From contig BPJI01000001.1 of assembly GCA_026004535.1 (NCBI GenBank), forward strand, positions 431,424 through 495,423: a stretch of DNA of 64,000 nt. The letters are read 5' to 3'. The notes under the pieces were generated by a model. That model saw only the letters and a list, made by a program, of their open reading frames with translations, searched no databases and was not told the DNA's origin. Within the stretch, counting starts at the first letter, position 1. Every line of letters begins with the position of its first letter. Made by a program: the position numbers and the translations under genes. This stretch comes from Candidatus Parcubacteria bacterium (GTDB lineage Bacteria > Patescibacteriota > Minisyncoccia > UBA6257 > HR35). This document shows, in pieces, positions 39,994 to 48,111 of the stretch.

Positions 39994-40383
39994 ATGAATA
40001 GTTTAGTTATTAAAACAAAAAAGAAAAAAGAAATAATTGATATTACTGAAAAAATAAATGAGATTTTATCAAAACAAGAAAAAGATTCTGGACTAGTTTT
40101 TCTTTTTGCTTTGCATACAACCTGCGCTTTAACAACTGCCGACCTAGATCCTGGAGCTGAAAAAGATTATATTAATGCCTTTGAGAAAATAAGTCCTCAA
40201 GCAAACTTTATTCATCCTCATAATCCCGAACATTTTCCTGATCATTTTTTATCTTCAATTATTGGCACTTCCCTTCTTCTTCCTTTTGAAAACAAAAACT
40301 TAATTTTAGGCACATGGCAAAGAGTAATTCTAATTGAATTTGATGGACCGAGAGAAAGGAAAATCATAGTCAGGTTAATATAA
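39994..40383 (+). CDS. yjbQ: YjbQ/UPF0047 family protein
   Basis: HTTCALT, LILGTWQ..EFDGPRER. Confidence 0.9.
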   Translation: MNSLVIKTKKKKEIIDITEKINEILSKQEKDSGLVFLFALHTTCALTTADLDPGAEKDYINAFEKISPQANFIHPHNPEHFPDHFLSSIIGTSLLLPFENKNLILGTWQRVILIEFDGPRERKIIVRLI

Positions 40384-40401
40384 TTTTAGATTTTAAGCCA
40401 A

Positions 40402-41832
40402 CTATCTCAGATTTTGTTTATATCTTTTTTCTAATTCTCTAAATCTATACCAAAGAAAAGCTAATAGGAAAATAATCAAAAACAAAAGAAATAACCAAAA
40501 AATATTTACTCCCCCAAAAGCTCCGATAAAACCTAACAGACTTGTATTTATACCTTTAATTTGCAAATCAGAGGAGAATGAATAATTAGCTCCAGGCGTT
40601 GAGACTTTAAAATCAATATTATAATTTTTAGTCTTTACTACACCCGAACAAGGAACATCTACTATCCAATCAACAAGACGACTTGAATTTGGTTCTAAGA
40701 CAAAATCTCTTTCGCTAGGTTTAAACCAATTACCAACTTCTCCATTTGCTTTAATGGTTATTTTTCTATTTACAGAAGTATTATTTATTAAGGTTAATTG
40801 AATTGTATTTTGAGCACAAACATTCACAGAATAGGTAGGTTCCACAAGTAAATCAATTAATTTATTATTATTTGTTTTTTGAATAGGTGTCGGCACCTCA
40901 ATACTACGGGTTACTGTTCGAGTTACTGTCCGAGTCAAATAAGTAGTTCGACCAACTGAAATTAATATTTCCTTAGACGACTGGCTGCCTTGATTATCGG
41001 TAACAATTAACTTAACCCTATAAGCACCGGAGGCTAAAGCACGATTAAAAGTTTTAAGATTAGAAACCGTTTCGTTGTTAATTATCCATTCATAAGAAAT
41101 AATAAAACCATCTGGATCATAAGATTGAGAAGCATCAAAAGTGACAATGGTGCCTGGCCGAATATCCTCGGGAGTAAAAGCAATAACAGCTATGGGTAAT
41201 TGATTTATTATTGACGAATTTTGCCCAGAAGAAATATTAACCGAACAAGAGGCTGATTTAGTTTCATTACCAGAGGTAACAGTAATATTAGCTGTATAAG
41301 TACCAGCCGAAGAGAAAGACCTAGAGCAAGTTGAGGAAGAACCACTGCAAGCACCCGACCAAGAATAAGAATAAGATCCATTGCCACCGCTTACATTAGC
41401 TGTAAAAACAACTGTTTGATTTACATTAGCTGGGTTAGGCGAAGCAGAACAAGAAACTTGAAGATTTGAAAAGACACAATTCGTTCTAAAAGAATAAATA
41501 TTACCATAATTTGTACCTCCGCTATTTCTGGAAGCAGCTCGATAAAAGTAAGTAGTACAAGGTTGAAGACCTGTAATAGTTTGGCAAAATCCTTGAGGAG
41601 GATTAGGAATAAAAAGAAATTGATCAGGCGTTCTGTTAGTCAAAGAAAAGCTCGATGTTCCCCATTCAAACCAAGCAGTTATATTAGGATCACCACCATT
41701 GTCTTGAATTTCACCAACCAAAGTAGCCCAAGTATTACCATAAGTTGTTTGAGCTGGACAAGTTTGAGCAAAAACATTGCTTCCCTCTAAGATTATAAAT
41801 ACTATCAAGATTATTAAAAATCTTCTTAACAT
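40402..41832 (-). CDS. surface protein: Fn3-like, two PKD, Ig-like domains and C-terminal TM anchor
   Basis: Signal peptide; WFEWG..TTYFYRA; FDASQSYDPDG PKD motif; hydrophobic C-terminus with basic tail. Confidence 0.85.
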   Translation of the reverse strand: MLRRFLIILIVFIILEGSNVFAQTCPAQTTYGNTWATLVGEIQDNGGDPNITAWFEWGTSSFSLTNRTPDQFLFIPNPPQGFCQTITGLQPCTTYFYRAASRNSGGTNYGNIYSFRTNCVFSNLQVSCSASPNPANVNQTVVFTANVSGGNGSYSYSWSGACSGSSSTCSRSFSSAGTYTANITVTSGNETKSASCSVNISSGQNSSIINQLPIAVIAFTPEDIRPGTIVTFDASQSYDPDGFIISYEWIINNETVSNLKTFNRALASGAYRVKLIVTDNQGSQSSKEILISVGRTTYLTRTVTRTVTRSIEVPTPIQKTNNNKLIDLLVEPTYSVNVCAQNTIQLTLINNTSVNRKITIKANGEVGNWFKPSERDFVLEPNSSRLVDWIVDVPCSGVVKTKNYNIDFKVSTPGANYSFSSDLQIKGINTSLLGFIGAFGGVNIFWLFLLFLIIFLLAFLWYRFRELEKRYKQNLR

Positions 41833-41842
41833 TTTTACTTAA

Positions 41843-41870
41843 ATTCTAACATATTTTTTTATTTTGTCAA
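41843..41870 (-). promoter_or_regulatory. sigma70-type promoter for the anchor gene
   Basis: TTGACA-N16-TAGAAT with extended -10 TG. Confidence 0.55.
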
Positions 41871-41876
41871 TACTAA

Positions 41877-42293
41877 TTAAAAAATAATCCAATTTGACTT
41901 TTTATCTGGATAACTATTTTGAATTGGATTGGTTTTGTTTTTAAATTTTTGACATAAAGTTTTGATCTCTTTTATTTCGCCATAATTTATACCTGCAGTA
42001 TTTTGGGCAACGGCTCGATAATAGTAAGTAGTACAAGGCTTAACGCCTCTTTCTCTTAAACAAAAAATCTGAGAATCTCTCAAAATTAATTCTTTGGTTT
42101 TTTTATCTAGCTTATCTTTATTTAGTCCGTATTCAAACCAAACTTTAACTTCCTTATCACCACCAAGTCCATCTAACCTGCCGACAAAAGTTATAAAACG
42201 AAAACTCGTAGCAGTTTTACTAGGACAACTGACAGCAAAACTAAAATTAACTAAAATTAAAATGTTTAAAATTAATAATAATTCTTTTTTCAT
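41877..42293 (-). CDS. secreted single Fn3-like domain protein
   Basis: Signal peptide; VWFEYG..PCTTYYYRAVAQN. Confidence 0.8.
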   Translation of the reverse strand: MKKELLLILNILILVNFSFAVSCPSKTATSFRFITFVGRLDGLGGDKEVKVWFEYGLNKDKLDKKTKELILRDSQIFCLRERGVKPCTTYYYRAVAQNTAGINYGEIKEIKTLCQKFKNKTNPIQNSYPDKKSNWIIF

Positions 42294-42307
42294 TTCCTAA
42301 ATTTCGT

Positions 42308-42991
42308 TTATAAAGTTATAACAGGTGGTAAGGTGATAACAGCTGGTGGTCTTACCGGTTGATTAACGGTTACCGAACAAGAGGCTGATTTAGTTTCATT
42401 ACCAGAGGTAACAGTAATATTAGCTGTATAAGTACCAGCCGAAGAGAAAGACCTAGAGCAAGTTGAGGAAGAACCACTGCAAGCACCCGACCAAGAATAA
42501 GAATAAGATCCATTGCCACCGCTTACATTAGCTGTAAAAATAACTGTTTGATTTACATTAGCTGGGTTAGGCGAAGCAGAACAAGAAACTTGTAAAGGAG
42601 CACATTGAGTAGTAAAGGAGTAAATAGATCCTCTTGAAGTTCCAGCAGAATTTCTAGCAACGGCTCGATAAAAGTAAGTAGTACAAGGTTGAAGACCTGT
42701 AATAGTTTGGCAAAATCCTTGAGGAGGATTAGGAATAAAAAGAAATTGATCAGGCGTTCTGTTAGTCAAAGAAAAGCTCGATGTTCCCCATTCAAACCAA
42801 GCAGTTATATTAGGATCACCACCATTGTCTTGAATTTCACCAACCAAAGTAGCCCAAGTATTACCATAAGTTGTTTGAGCTGGACAAACCCTTTGAACAC
42901 TAGTTTGAGCAATAGCTTGTTTTTTTGAAAAAATATATTGACCTAAAAAAACTAATCCAATGATTAGAAACAAGAAAGATGTTTTTTTCAT
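42308..42991 (-). CDS. secreted Fn3-like + PKD protein with C-terminal PAVITLPPVITL tail
   Basis: Paralogous to the N-terminal half of 40402-41832. Confidence 0.85.
   Translation of the reverse strand: MKKTSFLFLIIGLVFLGQYIFSKKQAIAQTSVQRVCPAQTTYGNTWATLVGEIQDNGGDPNITAWFEWGTSSFSLTNRTPDQFLFIPNPPQGFCQTITGLQPCTTYFYRAVARNSAGTSRGSIYSFTTQCAPLQVSCSASPNPANVNQTVIFTANVSGGNGSYSYSWSGACSGSSSTCSRSFSSAGTYTANITVTSGNETKSASCSVTVNQPVRPPAVITLPPVITL
42372..42592 (+). repeat. 221-bp direct repeat of 41240-41460 (PKD-coding block)
   Basis: One mismatch seen (41409 vs 42541). Confidence 0.9.
42663..42887 (+). repeat. 225-bp direct repeat of 41537-41761 (Fn3-like coding block)
   Basis: No mismatch seen on manual alignment. 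Confidence 0.9.
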
Positions 42992-43009
42992 ATTTTTTAA
43001 TTAGATTCT

Positions 43010-43489
43010 TTAATAAGTAACGACCGCCGGTAAAGTAATAACTACAGGGAGCCTAATAACTTTTGTCCCCGACCACCAAACAATATAACCCACCAAGTTT
43101 GAATCATTACAAATCCAACCTTCGTCTGAATTACAAAATTTATCAAAAACATCAATTTGAATTGTTTTATTAGAACCAACCGAAGAGAATGATGTTAAAC
43201 GTTGTCTACCTTGTAATGGGCCTATCATGTTTCTTACGCATTCGGGCATTTTCCCATCACATACAAAAACATATATCCATTCGTTATTATTCCTTGTTTC
43301 ACACCAACCTTCATTTATATTGCATTTAGCTTGACAATTATAAAAATTAGCATCATGACCACTACCGCAAATATTAGTGTACTCTCCTCCAAATGGCGGA
43401 ATATAACCAGCAATAGCTTTTAAGGCTAAAAACAAATTAACAAACGAAATTATACTAATTATTAAAAATAATCTCTTTTTCATGGCCAA
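43010..43489 (-). CDS. secreted Cys-rich protein with C-terminal PVVITLPAVVTY tail
   Basis: Signal peptide, eight Cys. Confidence 0.8.
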   Translation of the reverse strand: MAMKKRLFLIISIISFVNLFLALKAIAGYIPPFGGEYTNICGSGHDANFYNCQAKCNINEGWCETRNNNEWIYVFVCDGKMPECVRNMIGPLQGRQRLTSFSSVGSNKTIQIDVFDKFCNSDEGWICNDSNLVGYIVWWSGTKVIRLPVVITLPAVVTY

Positions 43490-43524
43490 ATATTGATAAC
43501 TCCAATTTATAGATCAATATAAAA

Positions 43525-43553
43525 ATTTTATCACAAAAAAGGTAATTTGTCAA
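43525..43553 (-). promoter_or_regulatory. sigma70-type promoter for the secreted-protein cluster
   Basis: TTGACA-N17-TAAAAT. Confidence 0.6.
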
Positions 43554-43617
43554 GATCTAAAAATGCAAGAAAATAAGTATTTTTTAAGCTAGTTTATTTA
43601 GTATATATTTTAAGATT

Positions 43618-44340
43618 TCACCTAATTTCAAAAGTTATATTTATTTGTACTTTTATTTCTTGAGAACCAGGTTCGATTTGAGGAATTGTTTCTCCTTCAT
43701 CTCCACTCGTGCCAACATACTTTGAATATAAAGGAATTGAAGGAAAAGAAGAATATTCACTAATACTTACAATTTTTCCTAGTTTAAAGCCAGCTATCTT
43801 GGCAATTATTTCGGCTTTTTCCTTAGCATTTAAAATTGCCTTCTCTCTTGCTTTAGCTAAATAACTTTCTGATTCATCAATAGTAAAGTTAGGACCAGAA
43901 ACATTGTTAGCACCACGCTTCACCACTCCATCAAGTATTTCACCAATTTTAGTTAAATCTCTAATTTTAACAACTAAATTTTGGCTTATTGTATAACCAA
44001 CAATTTGATAAGAAGAGGTCCTATAATCATACTTAGGCGTGATTGAATAATTTTCAGTTTTAATATCTTTGTCCACGATTCCCTGCTCTTTAAGAAAATT
44101 TATAATTTTATTCATCTTGTTTGAGTTTTCTTGTTGAAGGTTTTTCAAATCTTTACCATCAGTAATAACACCGATTCTTATTTCAGCAATATTGGGGACA
44201 GCGACTTCTTTCCCTTCGCCAGTAACTGAAAAAGTTCTTTGCGGTTGATTTATGTTTTTGTATTCATAAACAAACCAAAAAATGGCTATAACAAACAAAA
44301 ACAAACTAATAATTATTGAATTTTTTAAATTTTGATCCAT
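43618..44340 (-). CDS. SIMPL (DUF541) domain protein
   Basis: SVTGEG..VPNIA, GANNVSG, AREKAILNAKEKAE, IEPGSQEI. Confidence 0.9.
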   Translation of the reverse strand: MDQNLKNSIIISLFLFVIAIFWFVYEYKNINQPQRTFSVTGEGKEVAVPNIAEIRIGVITDGKDLKNLQQENSNKMNKIINFLKEQGIVDKDIKTENYSITPKYDYRTSSYQIVGYTISQNLVVKIRDLTKIGEILDGVVKRGANNVSGPNFTIDESESYLAKAREKAILNAKEKAEIIAKIAGFKLGKIVSISEYSSFPSIPLYSKYVGTSGDEGETIPQIEPGSQEIKVQINITFEIR

Positions 44341-44435
44341 TAATTTAATTATACTATGTTTTAATATTATTTAAAATATAAAAATCATTAATTTTTAAAG
44401 TTTTTTCCACAACATTTTATAATTTTATTAATCGA

Positions 44436-45161
44436 ATGGACTTTTTAAAAATAATTACAAAATATAAAAACAGACCAATACCTGAAAGAAAGTTTGATCA
44501 ATTCTATGCTACGGCCGATACTGTTATTAAAAGAAGCAACCTATTATTGAGATATCAAAAAAAATTCAAATTTTCTAAAATTATTTTTCTTGGTGATGAT
44601 GATTTAACTTCAATTGCTTTGGCTTTAACTAAAAAATTTGATGAAATTATTGTTTTAGATATTGATGAAAGAATTTTAAATTTTATTAATGAAGTTACTG
44701 AAAAGGAAAAATTAAATGTAAAAATATTTAAACATAATATTTGCAACCCTTTATCAAAAGATTTACTTAAAACCCAAACCAATTTTATTTTCTTTGATCC
44801 ACCTTATAATCCTTCGGCAGTTAAAATTTGGCTGATTAGGGCATTGGAAATTCTTTTAGGTTTAGGAAGTAATAAAAAAAGAAAAAATATAGAATTTTTA
44901 AAAAACAAATTTATTTTTATGTGTTATGGTTATACAGATAAAAGTTTTGAAAGAGGTTTAAAGATTCAAGAAATAATTCATAATTTAGGTTTAATCATTC
45001 AAGAAAAATTTAGAAAGTTTAATAAATATACCGGAGCCGAGACAATTAATAATGAAAGTGATTTTTATATTATTCAACCAACGCCTTTGGTTAAATTAGA
45101 AACAATAGATAAGTTTAAAAACAAAAGTTTTGAAGAAAAAATTTATACTTGGCAAAATTGA
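44436..45161 (+). CDS. bpsA: branched-chain polyamine synthase-like aminopropyltransferase (BpsA/DUF43)
   Basis: FDQFYAT, LGDDDLTSIA, DIDERI, FDPPY. Confidence 0.8.
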   Translation: MDFLKIITKYKNRPIPERKFDQFYATADTVIKRSNLLLRYQKKFKFSKIIFLGDDDLTSIALALTKKFDEIIVLDIDERILNFINEVTEKEKLNVKIFKHNICNPLSKDLLKTQTNFIFFDPPYNPSAVKIWLIRALEILLGLGSNKKRKNIEFLKNKFIFMCYGYTDKSFERGLKIQEIIHNLGLIIQEKFRKFNKYTGAETINNESDFYIIQPTPLVKLETIDKFKNKSFEEKIYTWQN

Positions 45162-45268
45162 TTAACATAAAATTCCTAATCCCAAAATCAAAACTTTTTT
45201 ATTTTTTAAATTTATCATCTTAATTTTTTATAAAAATATATTATTCAATATCTATTCCCCAATCCTAC

Positions 45269-45310
45269 AAACTGGATTAATTCTTCACTGCTACGTAGCA
45301 ATAGACTTTT
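45269..45310. promoter_or_regulatory. TGCTACGTAGCA palindromic site at the 3' end of the TrpR-like gene
   Basis: Core at 45289-45300, next to the stop codon. Confidence 0.7.
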
Positions 45311-45818
45311 ATACTAATTTTGATAGTTTTTTATATAACTTTGATTTTCTATCTAATTTGCTTAGTACTTGATACAGTTTTTTCTTTTGCTTTTTGTTCA
45401 TAATTTTTATAATCTCTTCTATTAAAAGTTCTGGCCAAAACATAGATGGCATTCTTCTTTTTATTTTTCTCCAATCTTTCTCTATATAATCTAAAATAGT
45501 CGGTTGTTTTATTTCTTTCTTGATTCTTTCCTGAATCAATCTGAAACCTTCCCCACTTTCGTATAACCACACAGCAACTTTGGCTATAGTCCCATGGCTT
45601 ACTTTAACAACTTTTTCTATTTCTCTATAACTTAAACCTTTTAGTAATAATTTGGCAATTTTAATTCTTTTGGCTAACATAATTACTTCTTGTTTTGTCA
45701 AAAGATCAGTAATGAAATGCATAATTTCTTGACGATTTTTTAAAACAGAAATTGCTTCGCAAAATTCCTCTAGAAGCTCTGCTTTCTCCTGATCTGAAAT
45801 TGATTTGTATTTAGGCAT
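45309..45818 (-). CDS. YerC/YecD-like TrpR-family DNA-binding protein
   Basis: DLLTKQEVIMLAKRIKIAKLL..SYREI..VSHGTIAKV. Confidence 0.85.
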   Translation of the reverse strand: MPKYKSISDQEKAELLEEFCEAISVLKNRQEIMHFITDLLTKQEVIMLAKRIKIAKLLLKGLSYREIEKVVKVSHGTIAKVAVWLYESGEGFRLIQERIKKEIKQPTILDYIEKDWRKIKRRMPSMFWPELLIEEIIKIMNKKQKKKLYQVLSKLDRKSKLYKKLSKLV

Positions 45819-45913
45819 TTTTAAAACATGAAATCTAAATAATATAAAATATCTAAATTTTATGTAAAAATAACCAAATTAAATATAACACAAAATAAAC
45901 AAAAAAACCAAAA

Positions 45914-45957
45914 TGGTCAATTTTTCTATTGCTACGTAGCAATAGAAAAATTGACCA
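45914..45957. promoter_or_regulatory. perfect 44-bp palindrome upstream of the TrpR-like gene
   Basis: TGGTCAATTTTTCTATTGCTAC|GTAGCAATAGAAAAATTGACCA. Confidence 0.85.
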
Positions 45958-46009
45958 AATTAGGGATAATTAAAGATGAGTTTTTGATTTATAATTTAAT
46001 TAAACACAA

Positions 46010-46691
46010 ATGAAAATTTATATTGGTACTTCAGGTTGGCAATATTGGCATTGGAGATGAAAATTTTACCCAGAAAATTCAACTTCTAAAGATTTTTTAA
46101 AATTTTATTCAAAACATTTCAATACTGTTGAAATTAATACAAGTTTTTATCATTTAACAAAAAAGACAACATTATCGTCTTTTTACTCATTTTAGAAGAT
46201 TAAAATTAAATAAAGAAGATAAAAAATTACTATTAGAAACTATCCAAATTTATAAAGTTTTAAAAGAAAAATTAGGACCAATTTTAATTCAACTTCCTCC
46301 AGGATTAAAATATGATTTAAAATTATTCAAATCATTTATAAATGTTATTAAAAAATTTAAAAAAGTAAAATTTGCTATTGAATTTCGTCATAAAACTTGG
46401 CTAAATAAAAAAATTTATACTCTATTAAAAAAATACAAAATAGCGTTCGTAATATCTGATTCACCAAGATGGCCAACTGATTTTGTTAAAACAACTGATG
46501 TGATTTATGTTAGATTTCATGGCAAACCAATTCTTTTTGCTTCAAAATACTCAAAAGAAGAATTAAAAGAATATGCTGAAAGAATTAAAAAACTAAAACC
46601 AAAAATTTTATTTGCTTATTTTAACAATGATGCTGAAGGTTATGCTATTGACAATGCTTTAGAATTTAAAAATTTATTTAATTTATCATAA
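46010..46691 (+). pseudogene. DUF72 family pseudogene
   Basis: MKIYIGTSGWQY; TGA at 46058; NTVEINTSFY; deletion/frameshift near 46172; then QLPP, EFRH, YVRFHG, YFNND. Confidence 0.88.
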
Positions 46692-47449
46692 TCAGCTCCT
46701 CTTCTTATTATTTTTATTTCTTTTTGAGTTAAATCAATTAAAGTTGAAGGTTGACCAGCGAGCCTTCCTCTATCTAAATAAAATACTTGGTTATTAAAAT
46801 ATTTCTTTGCTTCATTTATAGTTTTTGCTGGTTCGTATCCTTCCCAATTAGCCGATGGAGCAATTAATGGCCCAGAAATTTTTAAAATTTTTAAGATAAA
46901 TTTATCTTTGGGGGATCTAAAAGCTAAAGTTATTGTTCCACGATGAAGATAAGTAAATTTTTCCGATTTACAAGGAAAAATGACGCTTATCCTGCTTGGC
47001 CAAATTTTCTTTAAAATTTCTTTTTGCCAATCTTGAAGTTGAATTTTGAAAAGTTTTAATTCTCTGATATCTGAAATCAAAATTATACAAGGCTTTTTAG
47101 GGTTTCTTTTTCTTAATTTATAAACTTTTTCAACTGATTTTTTATTAAAAGCAGATGTACAAATGCCGTAAATTGTATCAGTCGGAATAACTCCAATCGC
47201 TCCTTCTTTTAAAAGCAGAGCTGCTTTTAACCAATCGAAGTCTTTTCTTCCCAGATATTCACCAACAGTATAATCACTTTTAATTACTCGATGACAAGGA
47301 ATATTTTTGTCTTTGTTTTTCATCATCAAATTTCCAACAACTCTAAAAGCTTTTTCATTACCAACTAATCTAGCAACTTGTTTATATGTCAAAAATTTAC
47401 CAACCGAGATTTTGCTTACAATTTTTAAAACTTTTTCCTTAAAACTCAT
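46640..47449 (-). CDS. tsaC: fusion of MGMT/Ogt-like domain and threonylcarbamoyl-AMP synthase (Sua5/TsaC)
   Basis: TYKQVA..RVVG..IPCHRVI; then PTDTIYG, RNPKKP, APSAN, PSTLID. Confidence 0.88.
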   Translation of the reverse strand: MSFKEKVLKIVSKISVGKFLTYKQVARLVGNEKAFRVVGNLMMKNKDKNIPCHRVIKSDYTVGEYLGRKDFDWLKAALLLKEGAIGVIPTDTIYGICTSAFNKKSVEKVYKLRKRNPKKPCIILISDIRELKLFKIQLQDWQKEILKKIWPSRISVIFPCKSEKFTYLHRGTITLAFRSPKDKFILKILKISGPLIAPSANWEGYEPAKTINEAKKYFNNQVFYLDRGRLAGQPSTLIDLTQKEIKIIRRGADYDKLNKFLNSKALSIA

Positions 47450-47461
47450 ATATCTTAGTAT

Positions 47462-47501
47462 AGTCTGCGTAGTTCTGCGTTAGTTCTGCATAAGTCTGCG
47501 G
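47462..47501. repeat. CAGAAC-family single arm
   Basis: Four AGT(T)CTGC units. Confidence 0.7.
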
Positions 47502-47502
47502 T

Positions 47503-48027
47503 TTATTTTAGAATTTTGTATTTTTGAACTAATTTTGTATTTTGCCACCAATTGCCTAAACCTAAATAATTACCTGAATTGCTCAAACAAAGAATGGCCA
47601 TTAAAATTATGTAAATAATATGCTCATCAATTAATGGATTGTGGACTGGAGGTAAAAACCCAGCTAGGTACATTAAAGCAAGTATTAATCCGCCAAAGAA
47701 TGTTGAAAGTTTCACAAAAATTCCCAACATCAATCCCAAACCAACTCCTAAAAGACCTAACATAAAAAGCCAATCAACAGCTGGATTGCCTGCCATTGCT
47801 CTAAAAATTTCAGCAAACGGTCCCTTAACTGCAAATTTCAAAAAACCAAAAGTTGGTGAACCACCATAAAGCCAAGCATCTTTACAAAAATAATTCACAA
47901 CCTGAGTTTGAGCATCGCGACAAGTAGAAAATCCTAAACCAAAAAGCTTGTCTAAAAAAGCCCAAAGAAATATCCAACCTAATGAAAGACGCAAAATTCC
48001 TAAAATTAATTGTAAATTTTTATTCAT
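47503..48027 (-). CDS. DoxX/DoxD-like membrane protein
   Basis: LRLSLGWIFLWAFLDKLFG, NPLIDEHIIY. Confidence 0.85.
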   Translation of the reverse strand: MNKNLQLILGILRLSLGWIFLWAFLDKLFGLGFSTCRDAQTQVVNYFCKDAWLYGGSPTFGFLKFAVKGPFAEIFRAMAGNPAVDWLFMLGLLGVGLGLMLGIFVKLSTFFGGLILALMYLAGFLPPVHNPLIDEHIIYIILMAILCLSNSGNYLGLGNWWQNTKLVQKYKILK

Positions 48028-48034
48028 TGTATTT

Positions 48035-48110
48035 AACTAGAACTAACATAAGAGATTAAATAATTTATTGATTTCTGTAGGTTCTGTATTAGTTCTGTTA
48101 GTTCTGTGTG
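48035..48110. repeat. CAGAAC-family element (intergenic)
   Basis: AGAACTAAC, then four TTCTGT units. Confidence 0.6.
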
Positions 48111-48111
48111 T

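Noticed and set aside
41240-42887. Duplicated blocks as a DGR TR/VR pair
   Set aside because: Both copies are coding and almost identical; the diverged patch is not adenine-specific and differs in length
9330-46060. TGA recoded as Gly or Trp (code 25 or 4), suggested by in-frame TGAs at 9330 and 46058
   Set aside because: Many intact genes end in TGA with ATGA coupling, long genes contain no internal TGA, and the DUF72 gene also has a frameshift
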